Positions 26,301-40,766 of a stretch of DNA of 64,000 bases are shown piece by piece (within the stretch, counting starts at the first letter, position 1; every line of letters starts with the position of its first letter). The translations under genes were made by a program, and so were the position numbers. The notes below the pieces were generated by a model, which saw nothing but the letters and a program-made list of their open reading frames with translations, made no database searches and was not told where the DNA came from. The DNA comes from Hormiphora californensis (Eukaryota; Animalia; Ctenophora): the NCBI GenBank assembly GCA_020137815.1, contig CM035356.1:1364001-1428000 (forward strand). The letters are read 5' to 3'.

Positions 26301-29300
26301 AGCCCCGCCACCGCCCCCTAAACTAGTGGACATTGCACCGCTCCTAATTCTACCCAAGACTGGTGCCCCAGCCCGACCTGCTGCCCCTGGTGGAGGAACG
26401 AAACCCTCTGGTCCCCCACCCCCAGTACCACCCCGACCGGCTCCAAGTCACATCCTCTATCATTATATGATGAAGGCAGGACCTCACGCTATTGCTCTAT
26501 ACGAGTTCGAGGCTGAAAATGAAGACGAGTTGACATTCAAGGTAATTGGGGTTAGCGTTGATTTGTCAATAATTATACCTAGATAAACATATTATAATGA
26601 TTATTCTTCAAATTGTTCTCAGGTCGGTGATGTTATAGCATTAGAGTGTGATGTCAGTGATGAATGGTACTCAGGATCTGTTGGACTAAAGAGAGGGATA
26701 TTCCCTAAAAACTTGGTGGACGTCAAAATACAACTTCTACCTAAGTAAGAACCCATTGAAACCTATGTTAGGGCCCAGGGAATGGGTACCTTTTATTGCC
26801 CCACACGCTAGGAGTATCTACTCGAAACTACAAGTTACACACACGAGGTCAGAGGTGCATGCATGCACTTAAATAACTTATACTGATAAATGTTGTACAA
26901 ATTTAGAAATTTAAATCTCTTCAGGAAATCAGTCGCAGAAGCCCCAGAGCCAGATATACCCCAACAGCAATATATTCCAGTGGTCTCCACAACAATTCCT
27001 GCTGTTCCTGCAACAACAACTCAATCTGCTGCAGATCCATTCAATGCGTGGGGTGACGATAGGACTCCATCCCCTCCCCCATCACCCCCTGCCATGTCAT
27101 TACCTCCCACTGTAATATCACCACCATCACCCATACAATCTGTGCTCCGCTCTACGTCACCCATTCAATCTGTATTCCCTCCCCGCTCTATGTCACCGGT
27201 CCAGTCCGTCTTCCCTCCCCTCTCACCATCACCCTCCTACCCACCACCATCACCCTCGACCTCTGCTTCACCCGTCAAAGAGGACAGGATATCCATGGAG
27301 AATCCTTTCTTCCGGGCAGAAAATCCATTTATGGCAGATCTCCCTCGTGCTATTAGCGCTGAGACTCTTGGTAAGAATTACTATCCGTCACCTCGATTTA
27401 TCTTTATCCCTCTCAGAATTCAGCAATGATTCTCCCTCTTTCTCTCTTTCTCTCTCCTTCTCTCGTTTTTGTGATCTCATTATCCATCGCTCTATTTAAG
27501 TAGCTCCGCTCCTGCTAGAGACAAACCAATTGCATAATTTTTACAGAAGTGTGTACCGCCTTGTATACATTTGAGGCTGAAGAGGAGGATGAACTGTGTT
27601 TGACGAAGGGAGATGTCGTCCAAATCTTGGGTAAGCGAATTTGGGGATAAGTGGAGCGCGCGGGGACTTGATCTTGAGAAAATGTTACAGTGTGCGCTTA
27701 GCATTGCTGCGCGCGACCACAACCAGAATAGGACATGAACCGGCCACTGGGGCGTGTACGGAAACCCAGTTTGGTAACTGTAAGCTAACTGCTTCCTGGC
27801 TCCTGGCTCCTGCTCTATTCCTAACCAGGGAACTTGGAAACTTGCCACTCAATTATTATTTTCAGAATATGTTGATGATGATTGGTTGAGAGGTAGAGTC
27901 GGTGGAAAGGAAGGACTCTTCCCTCGATCATTTGCCGGCTTTGGTAGCGAGGTTTGTACAACTTATTTCCCATCCCCTGAATTTATATTCTCCCTACCAT
28001 CCCCTGAATTTATATTCTCCCTACCCTCTCTCTTCTCCCAGGTTGGTGACGAGGAGGTGACACCAGTGGTGGACCCCGACACTCACTCTGTATCTGTGTT
28101 GTATGAGTTTGTAGCTGAACTAGAGGACGAACTGACCATCCATCCTGGTTTGTGATAATAAAGAACTGTTTCTAATTGATTTTAGTTATCCTTGGTTTAG
28201 TTTTAAATATAAAAAACTGAGAATGAATTTACTCTTTAGCAAGTAAAGTGTAAAGACTGGAAACTTTTTTTCTAATTCCATTGTATTTGTCTGCAGGCGA
28301 AATGGTACGGATTATAGAGATATTAGGGGAGGGTACATGGTACAGGGGCATGTGTAATGGTAAAGAGGGGATATTTCCTGCTGAGTATGTACCTGATATC
28401 CCATCTAGTTGGAATATTCCAATCGCCGCACCCGAGACACTAACAGGTACCCACTTGCTCTTTAAAAACTGAATTACAGGGTGTTACTGACACCCCTCCC
28501 AAACCACTCATTCCAGACTCTTTTTCGCTTAGTATTAAATTAATACTAAGCGAAACAGAGTCTGGGATCAATACTATTAATTAATAATTAGTAAATCACG
28601 AATATAACCTGTAGGTACAGTGGGGGATTCCAGTACTGATAGTGATGATGATGATGATAGTGCTCTTCGCAGTGCTCAGTTTCCTGGTGAACATGGACCC
28701 GCTGAGGTATGGGTGGTTAATAAGTGTCAGCACTTTTGGGGTATTTAGCAGTATTGGTAACGGTGTTAGAAATGGTAGAGATGTTAGTTGAACCTTAACA
28801 ATTTCCCCACTTTGTTAGGTTTTAGCAGATTTTAAAGCGGAGAATGATTTTGAGTTGTCTGTTAACAAGGGCGATATGATAGAGGTGTCAGCGAGACTCA
28901 ATGAGACCTGGTTTGAGGCATCTCACAATGGAAAATCAGGTGTCGTTCCTACCAACTTTGTACGATTACTTGATTCTCGTGATGATAGTAGCCCTTCTCC
29001 AGAAGGTATTTGATTAATTGAGCATGTGCTGAGCTGTGTAAAATGTTGATCGGTTATATTTTCTGTCTAGTTTCATCTTTTGATACGATATTCAGCCAAC
29101 TGTATAAACGGTTGAAATTGTTCGTTCGTCTGTGAAGCTACTACACTGTACACTACCAGATCATTTGCCTGTACAGACGAATATACACTTACAGCATCCC
29201 TACCTCCCGAAATTGAAACCGTTCTTTATCTCTCTCTCCATCCGCTCCATCCTACTCTTCACCTCTCTCATAACTGACACAACCCCCCCCCCCTCTCTGA

Positions 29301-29879
29301 CACACTCACTCCCTCCCTCTAACACACATCTCCCTCCATCATACACCTCCCCTCTCTCACAACTGACACACTGTCTCCCTCACCCCCTCTCTCCCTCCCT
29401 CCTTCACCTCCTCTCTCTGACACTCCCTCCCCCAGGTGGTATGACACTACCTGATGATGACACACCTGCACGTGTTGAATTGGATCAACCCCCTGCTATA
29501 AAGGTCGGGGATATTCTCAGGGCCATTTATGCCTTCCAAGCAGAGACAGAAGATGAGCTTAGTTTTGAAGAGGGAGATGTTATCAAGGTATTGAATTGAA
29601 ATATTAATGTTGGGTATGGGTACTTCATACCCTTTTTTACCGACAGCCATGTGTGTATAAAGACAAAGAAGACAATCGGGAGGGGGATGGTATACCACAG
29701 CTGCTGCTGTCTGTCAATATGCGAGATTCAAAGTTAACACAAATCTTTCTCACCAGGTGACTGAATACATCAACGAGGAATGGTTGAAAGGATCAGTGAG
29801 TGGTGGCCCTGAGGGTCTCTTCCCCTCTAGTTATGGGATCCCAGCCGTCCTGGCAGGGGAGGAGGGTGGCCTTCCTTGA
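23319..29879 (+). CDS. SH3D19: SH3D19/Eve-1-like adaptor: polyQ, GFGQ repeats, Pro-rich region, DPF/NPF motifs, five SH3 domains
   Basis: Five SH3 domains (ALYEFEAENEDELTF; ALYTFEAEEEDEL; VLYEFVAELEDEL; VLADFKAENDFEL; AIYAFQAETEDEL) across GT-AG exons at 26272-29879. One apparent frameshift near 24630-24650. Confidence 0.75.
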
Positions 29880-30654
29880 TCTAAGGGGGGGGGGTGTAAA
29901 TATATATTGTGTGTGAAGAAGGGGAACTCTGACGTGCTGGTACACTGAGAGAGGAGGGAACTACTGTAGAAATATAGAGGGATATTATTTTTGGTATTTT
30001 GATGAAGTTGTTTGAGTGTTTAACACCAACTATAGATCTTTGAGACAGGCGCTACTTTTTTAGTCACGCTACATAGAAATATAATGTTGTTAAGCGAGGC
30101 AAATATGGACTCAATATTATATCTGATTGATACCTAAAAATGATTTTCAATCTCGTAATATTATGATCATGTTTTGGGCGAATTGTTTTAGAGCACGACA
30201 TCATTATCTGTAATAAGTGTACATGTGAGGTGAGATAGTCTGTGTGTATGTGTGTGTGTATGACAAAGCTTTGATTCACTTTTTAAAGATATGTGATGAT
30301 GACAATTTCATTTATTTCTGGTAAAAAATTCAGAGTTTATTACAACTTCCTCGTGACCCTTTTCACCTACTCCTATTATAGGAGTAGGTGAAAAGGGTCT
30401 AATCGATACATAATCCATACTCCACAATTACAGATTAATCCCCTCCATTACGGAGTCCATAACTTTACTCACTGAGTATTACTCAGCTCCAAACAAAGGA
30501 AAGAGAAGGAGCTATTTTTCAGGGGCGCAGTGTGCAAGACAAGTACGACCGTACAGTGTGATTCTCTCTTTTGGAGCTGCTACGATTTGTTTCTATCTCT
30601 CTGAGCTAGATATTTCTATAACAATCAATCTCCCTGACCTGCATACCCTCCAAA

Positions 30655-33244
30655 ATGCACCTCAACGACTTATCAACTGTTGAGGGTGAGTGATAATATA
30701 CTGGTGCTGTGTTGTTTTTGATTATGTCTCTTCTTCTCAACATTTTTTTGATGAACCAGCTTGCACAGTGCACACCCCTCTTTTCCCTACAACCCTGTAA
30801 CTATGATTCACCTCACTTTAATGACTAATCCCTTGTTTGATTAACCTATTACTAACTCTAATCTCCCTTGTTCTCCAGAGGTAGACGAGGTAACAAGTTG
30901 TAGTTATTTGGGGTACCTCGCAGCCAGGATCAAGATAGAGAAGAGACTCAGTACAGAGAAGAAGATACGAGCTATGAAGAAGGTGGCTATCTTCTTCAAC
31001 CTCATCTTTGTTGTAAGTTGAAATACGACTGATTATGTTTGTTGAGTACCCCCTCACAACAATGCAATAAGGATGGGTCGATGTAGTTATCGACTCTACT
31101 AAAGATTATTGTGCATTGCTGGTAAATGATAAAACTAAACCTTTTGCTAGTTAGGTTTTTTGGTGTGTTCGGTTTCATGAGATTTCAATAAACAGTATTG
31201 TACTATCCTTACTCAGCAAGTTTTATCAGTTTATGTCTCTTTCAGCTCCTATCTTTCATGGTTATGGCGCTATCTTTCATACTATTCACCGAGGGAAAAC
31301 TTTACGTTCGGAAACTTGAGGTATGGTGTTGATAAAGGATAGTATGAACAGTTAGTATGAACAGACCTCTGGGCTCTGTAATTTGAATATTTTCAACCTT
31401 AGTCTTGGAACGGCGCGATGCCGCCATACCCCATTTGATTTTGACATTGCGCTCAGATGGGTCACGGCGCCAGACAGAACGATGTCGATATGCTCCGTAC
31501 TTTGTTACTGTTGCCCCCCCCCCCTCACCCCCATTCTGCACAGGACTATCTGATTCAGCTGACAGCAACCCTCTTCTTTTCTGGATCTATCCTTCTCACC
31601 ATCGCCTCCCTGGGCCTCTACTCCACCCTAAAACCTGGCCTGGCCATCCTTGTCGCGGTATGTTGGGGTAATGAGGTGTATGATTATAAATTAGGCAAGG
31701 GCCAGGGTGGAACAAAGTGGTATCAGTCATCTGTCAACAACAGTTAATCGAAGAATAAGATGATATAAGTTGGGAGAATCATTCCCCGTAACGTCCCGGC
31801 CCGTCACACCCTGTTATGTTTCTTCTTCTGTTTTCAGTTCGTCCTGATTACAATACCACTACTCGGTGGGGAGATTCTAACTGTCGTACTAGCTATCGTG
31901 GATCTAGGTAACTACACGTTCTTCGTGGTTGTGATTTCAAGGGTTTTCCCAGAAACTTCTCTGCTGTTCCCATGTACTATGTTCAGTCGGACACGGTAAA
32001 CCTGGGTCCGACTGTACCTATTATTGTTATGACTATGAGGTATCCTCACAATATTATCCTCACATGACTCCCCTCCCTCCAGATATTATAGAGAGTTTTA
32101 TAGCCAGTGTAATGCTAACCCTGTATGAAAGTTATGGGAACAGAGCCACCGATGTAGGGTTCACAGCGACACTAGCTGTAGATGGGGTCCAGTATAGCAT
32201 GAGGTGATTAGATAGCGTCCTATCAGTGGTGCTCCGTCATATTGGCCACACGCATAGCGCCCACCCATGCGTTGTTCTGAGCGTTCAAAACTAACAATTT
32301 ATGCTTTTTGAGCGTTTTGGACGCTGGGAACCACGCTGGGAAAGACGCACGGGGGCGTGTGTGTGGCCAATATGATGGGTCCAATATATATGACGGAGCA
32401 CCAATGTATGATGTATCTGGGACATAACCAACCCCACCATTTCCCCCTTTCTATCAATCTCTCTCTCTCTCTCCCTCTCTCCCAGTTGTTGTGGACACAC
32501 CTCACGTGACGACTGGAGGAATGCAGGGGTTGCGGAGTGGTGGGCTACCAATGTGAAGCTCTACCCTGATAGCTGCTGTAACACTACCACCCTAACATCC
32601 CGTGGCAGTGAGAGATACGAATGTGGCTCTGCTGCTGTTCAAGACTTCGTACCCTACTACTTTTATCAGAAGGTACATGATTTAACAACTTCCCAGATAA
32701 TAGGGCACAGATCTCAAGCCTTTGACCCATCCCAGTCCCTCACTCCCTCACACTTGATCATGATTTCACCTACAGGGGATTTCTCACCATGGCAAACCTC
32801 TCCATCCCACATCTAGGGTCCATTGTCCAATGTTACCATGGCAACCCCCTTCCATCACAGGGTTGTTACGAGAGTTTGGTGGCTCTCCTCAGACAGTACC
32901 TCCACTACCTGATACCCAGCCTTATTGTGGCGGTGGTAGCCCAGCTTTACATATGTTTCAATAACCTCATCGCCCTACTCTTTTACAAGGGGAACACACG
33001 TCGGGTAAGTGGTGAGAGGGAGGTTTAACGGCCTTTTGTGATGTCATCACGTTCTAGTAGGGACAGTTCTAAACCGTTTTTCACACAAACAAACTAAGTG
33101 AAAAACAAAAAACAAACTGACTGAACTATTCCCGGGGCACAGGTGAAACGTGTTAAAAGAAAGGTACAAAGTGGAATAAACAAGGTTAAGATCCCTGTGA
33201 AGGGGAAACGTAATAAATATGATAACACAGATGACAAAGTGTGA
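30655..33244 (+). CDS. Tetraspanin
   Basis: Nine exons, four hydrophobic helices, CCG (CCGHTSRDDW), PDSCC and GCYE motifs in the large loop. Confidence 0.88.
32224..32406. mobile_element. Small Tc1-like MITE in a tetraspanin intron
   Basis: CAGTGGTGCTCCGTCATA...TATGACGGAGCACCAATG inverted ends. Confidence 0.65.
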
Positions 33245-33619
33245 TAATCTCTCTCACCATCTGGCTGTTATCAGTGACAGACTCAGCTGACAAACTGTTG
33301 TCATGACAACAAAAAAACATGCGACAAACTGTCTCTCTAAAATGTTTCATGTTAAAATATCTTGAACTGTTGTCAATGGTACAGCTCTCGACAATCTCAA
33401 CTTCGAACGTGTCAGAAGCACGGTTCATTGACAATATAAACTGTACAAAAACTAGGTGTATAAAATATAGAGTTTTCGGTAAATTGTTTTTAACTATTTG
33501 ATTTGATAGTTTTCATTTTCTCTTCCTCTCACTCTCTCTCTCAATCACCTAGCCAGTCTTTTTTCGGGCGCAATTCCTAAACAAGTCTTTATGGCAAATC
33601 ATATAACATGTGTCATATA

Positions 33620-34247
33620 CAGGGTGTTCATTTTGGATCTTTACAAGCATTGGGCTTCACCCAGAAAAAAGTTGACAAGATTAGGTCATGAAACTTCATA
33701 CTTGGACTATTCTATACCCTCATTCAAGGTTCCTGGGGGTTTTGGAGCTCTAGCACCCCGGCAAGTGTGTTTTTGGCATCAAAACTACCAGAAGGAATTT
33801 TTTGCTGGTGCTGAGACTTTGTTAAAATGTTTTTTGGGTATTTTCTATGTCAATCCTAAAGTTTGATGGAGATTGGATGTGTTTTTCGGACTCAAAATTT
33901 CGTAAAAAGACTCCATTTTTGCCGTTTTTGAGCTGTTTTCGAGCCTTTCCAGCCACTTTTTACGAAATTTTGAGTCCGAAAAACACATCCAATCTCCATG
34001 AAACTTTAGGATTGACATAGAAAATACCCAAAAAACATTTTAACAAAGTCTCAGCACCAGCACAAAATTCCTTCTGGTAGTTTTGATGCCAAAAACACAC
34101 TTGCCGGGGTGCTAGAGCTCCGAAAACACCAGGAACCTTGAATGAGGGTATACAATAGTCCAAGTATGGAGTTTCACAACCTAATCTTGTCAATTTTTTT
34201 TTCTGGGTGAAGCCCAACGCTTGTAAAGATCCAAAATGAACACCGTG
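33620..34247. mobile_element. Tc1/mariner-type foldback MITE
   Basis: TA|CAGGGTGTTCATTTTGGATC...GATCCAAAATGAACACCGTG|TA, with ~285-bp arms. Confidence 0.9.
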
Positions 34248-34366
34248 TATCATGTGTCATATATGGATTATGATAGGAGTCTATTTGCCATGATCTTGAT
34301 GGCTGAACTATAGTCACATCCAACAGTTAGTTCTTAGATGAGGCTGGGACACTTATCTCCCTTTCC

Positions 34367-36615
34367 TCAGTTTCTTCCACCACCTCCATGATGATGACAG
34401 CTGTCTCGGAGTGTTGGGAATCTCTTGTTAGGTCGTATCACCATCGACTGAACCTGAAGATTAGAGGAACCTTAATTAAGGACAGCCTGGTTGAGGCAAG
34501 CCCGGGTAGAGCTTGTTGAGTAAGGGGTCAACAAGGTAGAGCAGGGTCATCTAGATCGAGAATTACGAGAGTGGGATGATACTAAACAGCTAGTTGACTT
34601 TCCGCTGTCTAAGACAAAGCGGGGAATAAAAAGCTGGTTGACTAACCGCTGCCCATGGGTTGATATACCCCTCCTCAGGGACGAACACCACACTTCCATT
34701 TCCCTCCCAGGTGTAGTCAAGGTACTGCCCTATCACCAGGTACCTACAGGAGGGGGATTAGGACAATTAGGGTCAGGGAGATTAGGACTCTTGGGTTTGT
34801 GAAGACATGGCTCTCGTGGAGAGTTTTGTGTTAGATACAATATGTACCCAGCAAGATATAACTAAATGGCGGGTGACTAGTAGTATATCAGGCTGGCACT
34901 TACTTCTGTCCAATTCTGCTGAGAGAGTGGACACAGGAACATTTCTTGCCTCCCTTCACTAGGATTGTCACATTTCCAACGGTCAGGGCTGATGGTTTCT
35001 TCTGTTGGTATACCATTTCTACCTCAGCTTCATACCAGTCACACGGTCCTGGAGGTATTGTTGAGTTAGAGTTGGAGAACAACAACTGGGGGTATTGTTG
35101 AGTTAGAGGTGGGGGAACAATAACTGGGGGTTAGGGAATCGGTCTCTCAGAAATGTTTACACAGAGGAGGTTATCTGGTTTGTTCAACCTTACTGTTCTG
35201 TTTTATCAGATAAAAGTTTGTCCTTCTAAAATCCATCATTTAGTACTCACCCGACAGTGCGTAGTGCCATGTGTCAGTATTCTTCAGCCCTACCAGCCGT
35301 ATCTTGGCAACTGAAAAAATAATCAGTTCAGTACACGTGATAGGCTAACTCTCAGATATATTCCCTCCCTGCACTTCTCCCCCTCTATCACCCCCCCCTC
35401 TCGGTGTATTTTTACCATCATGTTTATGTTGTTGCCCCAAGATTTTGGCCTGTCCAAATTATCTAGCCCGGCACACAATAATCTGGAGCTGGTCTGGCCG
35501 GATGGGTTTAGTTTGATGGCTAATTCAGCCATTCTGGCGCTGAACAGCCCTGTACTAGAGGACTTGACAACACGACAGAAGCATACAACTATTGACATGG
35601 GTAATACTGATTAGTAGCGGCGTTGACCCGACTTGAATTATGAGGCTGCATTGGCCCGACCTGACTATGGGGCTGCATTTTGTGATTGAAGATTCAATAA
35701 TACTAATTGTAACACTAATTATAACACTAATTGTAACAGGTTCATTCAGATGTCGGTTGGAGGGCGGGGAGCCAGCCCGACACTTTATTGAGGCCCTCTA
35801 TTCTGGGAAAGTGAACCTCACGGCAGCGAACTTTACACAAATTGCAATGTTAGCTGTCACCTTGAAGGTATGTGTGTTTAGTTTACAGGCATTGTTTGTT
35901 GATTATGGGAGTCACCATGACACCCCCACCCTAGAATTGTCTTTCAACCACCAAATCTCGTGATCTGACCTTGAGAGATCTCAGATTTCAATGTGTTTCA
36001 TATATTTCCAGGTATCATGGGTTGACTACAAGTGCCAGAAGTACTTTGAAAAGCTGATAACCACTACTGCTGATTACCCCTCACTCCGCTACAGTGTGGA
36101 CACAGCTATCGCCCTAAAGGACACCACTGACACCTATATAGAACTAGTGGTACCATCCCTACAACACATGGAGACAGAGTGTTTGTTTGATTTTCTACGC
36201 AGCTTTCTGAGTGAACCAGAGCTGAACAAGGGCCATCTGAACTTTATCCTACGATTAACACGACACCACACTGCTATTTCATTGGTTCTTAGGATCCTGA
36301 AGGATGGACTAGAGAGTACTGGAGAGTTTAGTGACAATGCTAGTTATGTCTTCCAGAATCTAAATGTCGCTAGTTGTCTCAAATATGATGGAAAGGTCTA
36401 TAATGAACTCCTGGATTTGCTATTTGATGCGGGGCTGCAACAGAATTATTGTTACACCAAGAGTAGTAATAAAGTCTACCAGGTGCTGGACTTTATACTG
36501 AAACCGTGTCAGAAATGGCAATAATGAGGAGTAGTAATGATGAGTGTTCTCTTTTAACCTGTTGATCAGGCTGAAAATATTGTAGAAAAAAGATAAGGAA
36601 AGAGAGAGAGTGAGA

Positions 36616-36689
<74 letters not shown>

Positions 36690-37337
36690 GTGAGTGTGAG
36701 GGAGAGAGAGATATTTTGTAGTACCCCGGGCCGAGAGTGTACCCAAGTGTAATGGGTCAAGTTTCAACAGATGTTTGTCCCCCACCCCTCTCCCTAGTGT
36801 GTAACTGAACATGTTATAATACCAGTACTTACCAAAGTTATTTGCACAGTAAGATTCTTGTATTGATAGTTGTCGACATCCCGCACAACCTGGGGGAGGG
36901 AGAGGGTGAAATATAAGTTAAAAGAAAGGAAGAGGGTAAAAGGTTAGCTTCTTTAAAAAGGGAGAGGGTAAAAGGTTAGTTGCTTCAAAAAGGGAGAGGT
37001 TAAGAGGTTAGTTGCCTCAAAGCACGTCTTCTGAGTTTTGTGCTTGGGACGGAAATGGGTAAGACCCTCTAATCGGTGTGGACGGATGTACTCGGAAAGT
37101 ACATTGTACACGCGTCCGGCCCAGTCCCTTGGCCCCAATTCAAAGTGTACATTGAGCCGCGCACACCGCGCCAGTCACATCACCCAAAGTGTTCGGCGCG
37201 TTACAAAAACAGCCGAATAGGAATTAACACAATTCGTTATGGTAACTGGGCCTGTGTGGAGTCCCCCACACACTCATAAAGTTAACCACCCTTCTAGGAG
37301 GCATGGGTGGGGGAGGGAGAGAGAGAGGTAGGGAGCT

Positions 37338-37391
<54 letters not shown>

Positions 37392-40300
37392 AAATGTAAA
37401 TAGATCATTAGCAGCATATTATATGAGACAGATATCAGTTGTCAAGAAATAGGAGCAGGAAGACAAATTATTATTTGTATTATTAGGTTTTAATTATTGC
37501 TCCATATTATTATTAGAAATAATTGCAGAATCATCGACTGCATAATAATCTTTATGCTGTCTCAATATAATGAATTAGATTGAGACATTTACTATAGTTC
37601 TCATGATAATTTCAATCCCTCTCAGCTCTCTGCCTCTCTGCTTACCTACCCAGTCTTCTAATCTTCGTTCGAATACTGGACAAGCAATTAGCGTACAGTA
37701 CTCTCTCTATCTCTCTATCTCTCTCTCTCCCCTCTCTCTTCCGACATATAGCGGTAGACCGCAGGAGTGGGCGAAAACTCTGTACACAGGTAGAACAAAG
37801 GAAGAATAAGGAAAAGGAGTATAATAATGGCTCCTGCTACAGAATCACCAATATTATACTGTAATATTGTAATGCATACAGTAGATTCTTAAGTTGGGGT
37901 GACGGCCACCTTGCCCATGCCACCGCAGTTATTTCACTAGAATTTCTATTTCACACTAGAATTCATCTTACCTTCCTTGGAGAGAAGGCACCGATGGGTA
38001 AAGGGGCAGATAGCTTCGTTACACTTGGTCCTTTCTCTCCTGCAAACTTTGTTTCCTGCACACGTCATATACTGGGAGGGGAGGGTGGGGTTAACGTTAG
38101 AAGTGAGAGATGGAGAGAGACAGTAATGGACAATTCCAGCGGTTTTTTTGGTGTAAGGGGGATTTCAGAATTCAGTTTTGCGGTAATTGTCAGATATTTA
38201 GGTTCAGTACCTGGCAGGGGTTGTAATCATTATCAACGACACATGATGGCACTCTCGGACAGGGTAGGACGGGACAACTTCCAACGCTGGGTAAACACTT
38301 GTACCCTTTGGAGCAGCTGAACCCCTGAAATATAGTTGTTAGATCATCACCAGAACAGTCTACCGGATTTATCTTGAGTTCTATCAACTATTTTCATGGA
38401 ACCTCAACTACGCTGTTTAGTGTTTCTAGAACGTTCCAAGAGTTGGGTAATTCTGGAAATAGCGACTGGAAATATCTGTTTCTGCACGGTCGAATGAGTT
38501 TATGATTTAATCTTAACGGTATAAATATCTCCAGGCGGAGAAAGCTAGATGCTGCAGGAGGTAATTATATTAGTAACTTAAGTAAGGGTTAACTTAACCC
38601 TTAAGTTACGGGAGGTTCCTGACCGTTCTTTTGAAAATAAACTCAAAAACTGTGTAATAATGGAAAGATGCAATGGTAATCAGATTTTTTATCCTGCAGG
38701 TGGTACCTTTTTAAATCAGATTTAAACCTTGCAAAGGTTCAGCTATCTTACCTTCCTGTAGGTATACCTTATTAGATTTACCTAACAAGGGCTCTTCCTT
38801 GACTAGCAGGTAGAACCTGCCAGGTGGTACCTTATTGAATTATCCTTTGAGAAAGGTTCTTCCTGTCCTAACAGGTATCTTATTAGATTAATCTAGTGAA
38901 GGCTCTTCCTGTTCTAGAACCTACCTAACCTTGTGCACTATAAATCATGTAGTACCTTGCATGTGTTAGGTTTAATAACCTCCAAACACGAGTCAGCTGG
39001 AACAAATATGTTGGTGGGGGGCAAGCAGCCATCATCTCCTACTATGCAGCACCTATTCTCTGAAAATAAAGGCTTGGTTAGGTCAGGTGGGTAGTAGAGA
39101 GGGACCATGATGCACGTGATGGACACTATTGCGTGAGGGATTAAGAATTGCAAGTAGAACACTATTAGGTGTTCCTACATGACTGGGTAGAAGGAATGAC
39201 CGGTCACCCCCGGTCACTAAATAAAGGGTGATAACGAGGCTGTCTCGTGACCCACATGGCCTTCACCACGTGACAGGCTGCATTGTTTAACTCCCTTGAA
39301 ACCCCCCTCTCTCTCTCTTGTTCTTTAACTTCTTCTAGGACCTACTACATGAAACTCCCCCCTCTCTCTTGTTCTCTTCTAGGACCTACTACATGACTGG
39401 CGAAAGAGGTGCCTTTTGATAACAAAAAAGGACCGGTGTTCTGATTGACATCAAAGTATGAGATGTTAGACGTTAGTGCAAAGATAAGATGTCTTTTCTT
39501 GAGAACAAAAAAGCTAGTCCTCCTTTTTCTGTCCATATATCTTTCTCTCGGCCTCCCAACCTCTCCCTACACAAGTACAATTTTCATCCGGGACACGTGC
39601 CTACCGAATCTGACCAGCATGAGACCCAATAAGATAACCTGGCAAACAGCTTGTCAAGTATTTTTAGAAGATTTGACGCTAAAAGGAGGGGAGTTCAAAT
39701 TTCAGTAAATTTGTACCAAAAAAATGACACCTTTTCTGCCGAATAGCAATTCGTTAGCAGCTGATAAAGGTTACTGAGTATAACAGCTGACAGTTACATA
39801 TTGCAGAAGGAATGTGGTGGTATATGTTCCTTCCCAACCACGTCACAAGGGGTATAATTCATACTTAGAGATAATAGAAAACAAACCTAAATGCAAATCC
39901 TAAATTTAGGGCGTGTGACATGCAAAATGGGCACCAGATAAGCAGTAACACGGTGACCGTCGTATAGACCAGAAGATTCCTCTCTACTGTGCAAATAACG
40001 TAAGAAATATCTTTATGAAAAAGCCAAACGTCACGCCCCCGCTAAAGATATCTTTATGAAGGAGCAAGGAGATATAACCCCCGCTAAAGATATCTTTATG
40101 AAGGAGCAAGGCGTATACTGTGTAGGCTTGCTAAAGCGACCTACTTACCACAAGAGCCGTCGCAGTACTTTGTTCCAGCTAGTTCCGTGTTGCAGATCTT
40201 CTGATGTTGTGCCGCTATACAAGTTGGGAAACCGACCGTGCTAACATCCGGACCTGGCAGGAGAGAGAGAAAATATTAACTAAACGGGAGAGTTGTCGAA

Positions 40301-40766
40301 GTGGAAACTGATAGAAAAGATGCTTGAAAATGATTTCTTACCAGTTTTAAAGAGTTCCTCCAAACAAGAATTCAGATCAGGGAAGGGGTAGATGTTGAAG
40401 CAGTTTTCAGTTGGTGATTTCGGACAGACGCACCTCCCTCCTACCATAGTGCACCCCTCCATTCGGCCGTTACACACAGTCCTCTGTTCTGTGGAGAGAA
40501 ATGGGTACAGATCGTGTTGTGTAGTCATTGCGGTGCTGAATGAGGTTTCTGTTTATGTTTCGGTGCGTTCCTGTGTGTTTATCTGGCTGGTGAGATGAAT
40601 AAATTGAAACAATGTATTGAGTGTTAGATGGTCAGTTGAGTGCAGCTGTTGTGTCGTCTATATGCCCAGTAAACCATAATGACAGGGGTGGAAAAATAAA
40701 ACTCTTGGACTTACTGAAAGCACTTGAAGGTGCGAAAAACAAAAGTAATACCGCCACAAGAACCAT
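34367..40766 (-). CDS. Secreted Cys-rich protein: CRIM1-like module, follistatin-N-like repeats, C-terminal NTR/C345C domain
   Basis: Signal peptide MVLVAVLLLFFAPSSA. Exons: CNGRMEGCTMVGGRCVC..CFNIYPFPDLNSCL; CSKGYKC..CPVLPCPRVPSC; CAGNKVC..CNEAICPFTHRC; CAGCRQLSIQESYCANNFVAKI..KCSC..YLVIG..YINPW (NTR). The second exon is uncertain. Confidence 0.7.
35420..36524 (+). CDS. BTB/POZ-domain protein nested antisense in an intron of the NTR gene
   Basis: ANSAILALNSPVLEDL..IDM / FIEALYSGKVNLTAANFTQIAMLAVTLK / VSWVDYKCQKYF over three GT-AG exons. Start codon uncertain. Confidence 0.75.

Noticed and set aside
30355-30399. Perfect hairpin as terminator or miRNA (also ~28513-28566)
   Set aside because: More simply a collapsed mini-MITE; no supporting evidence.
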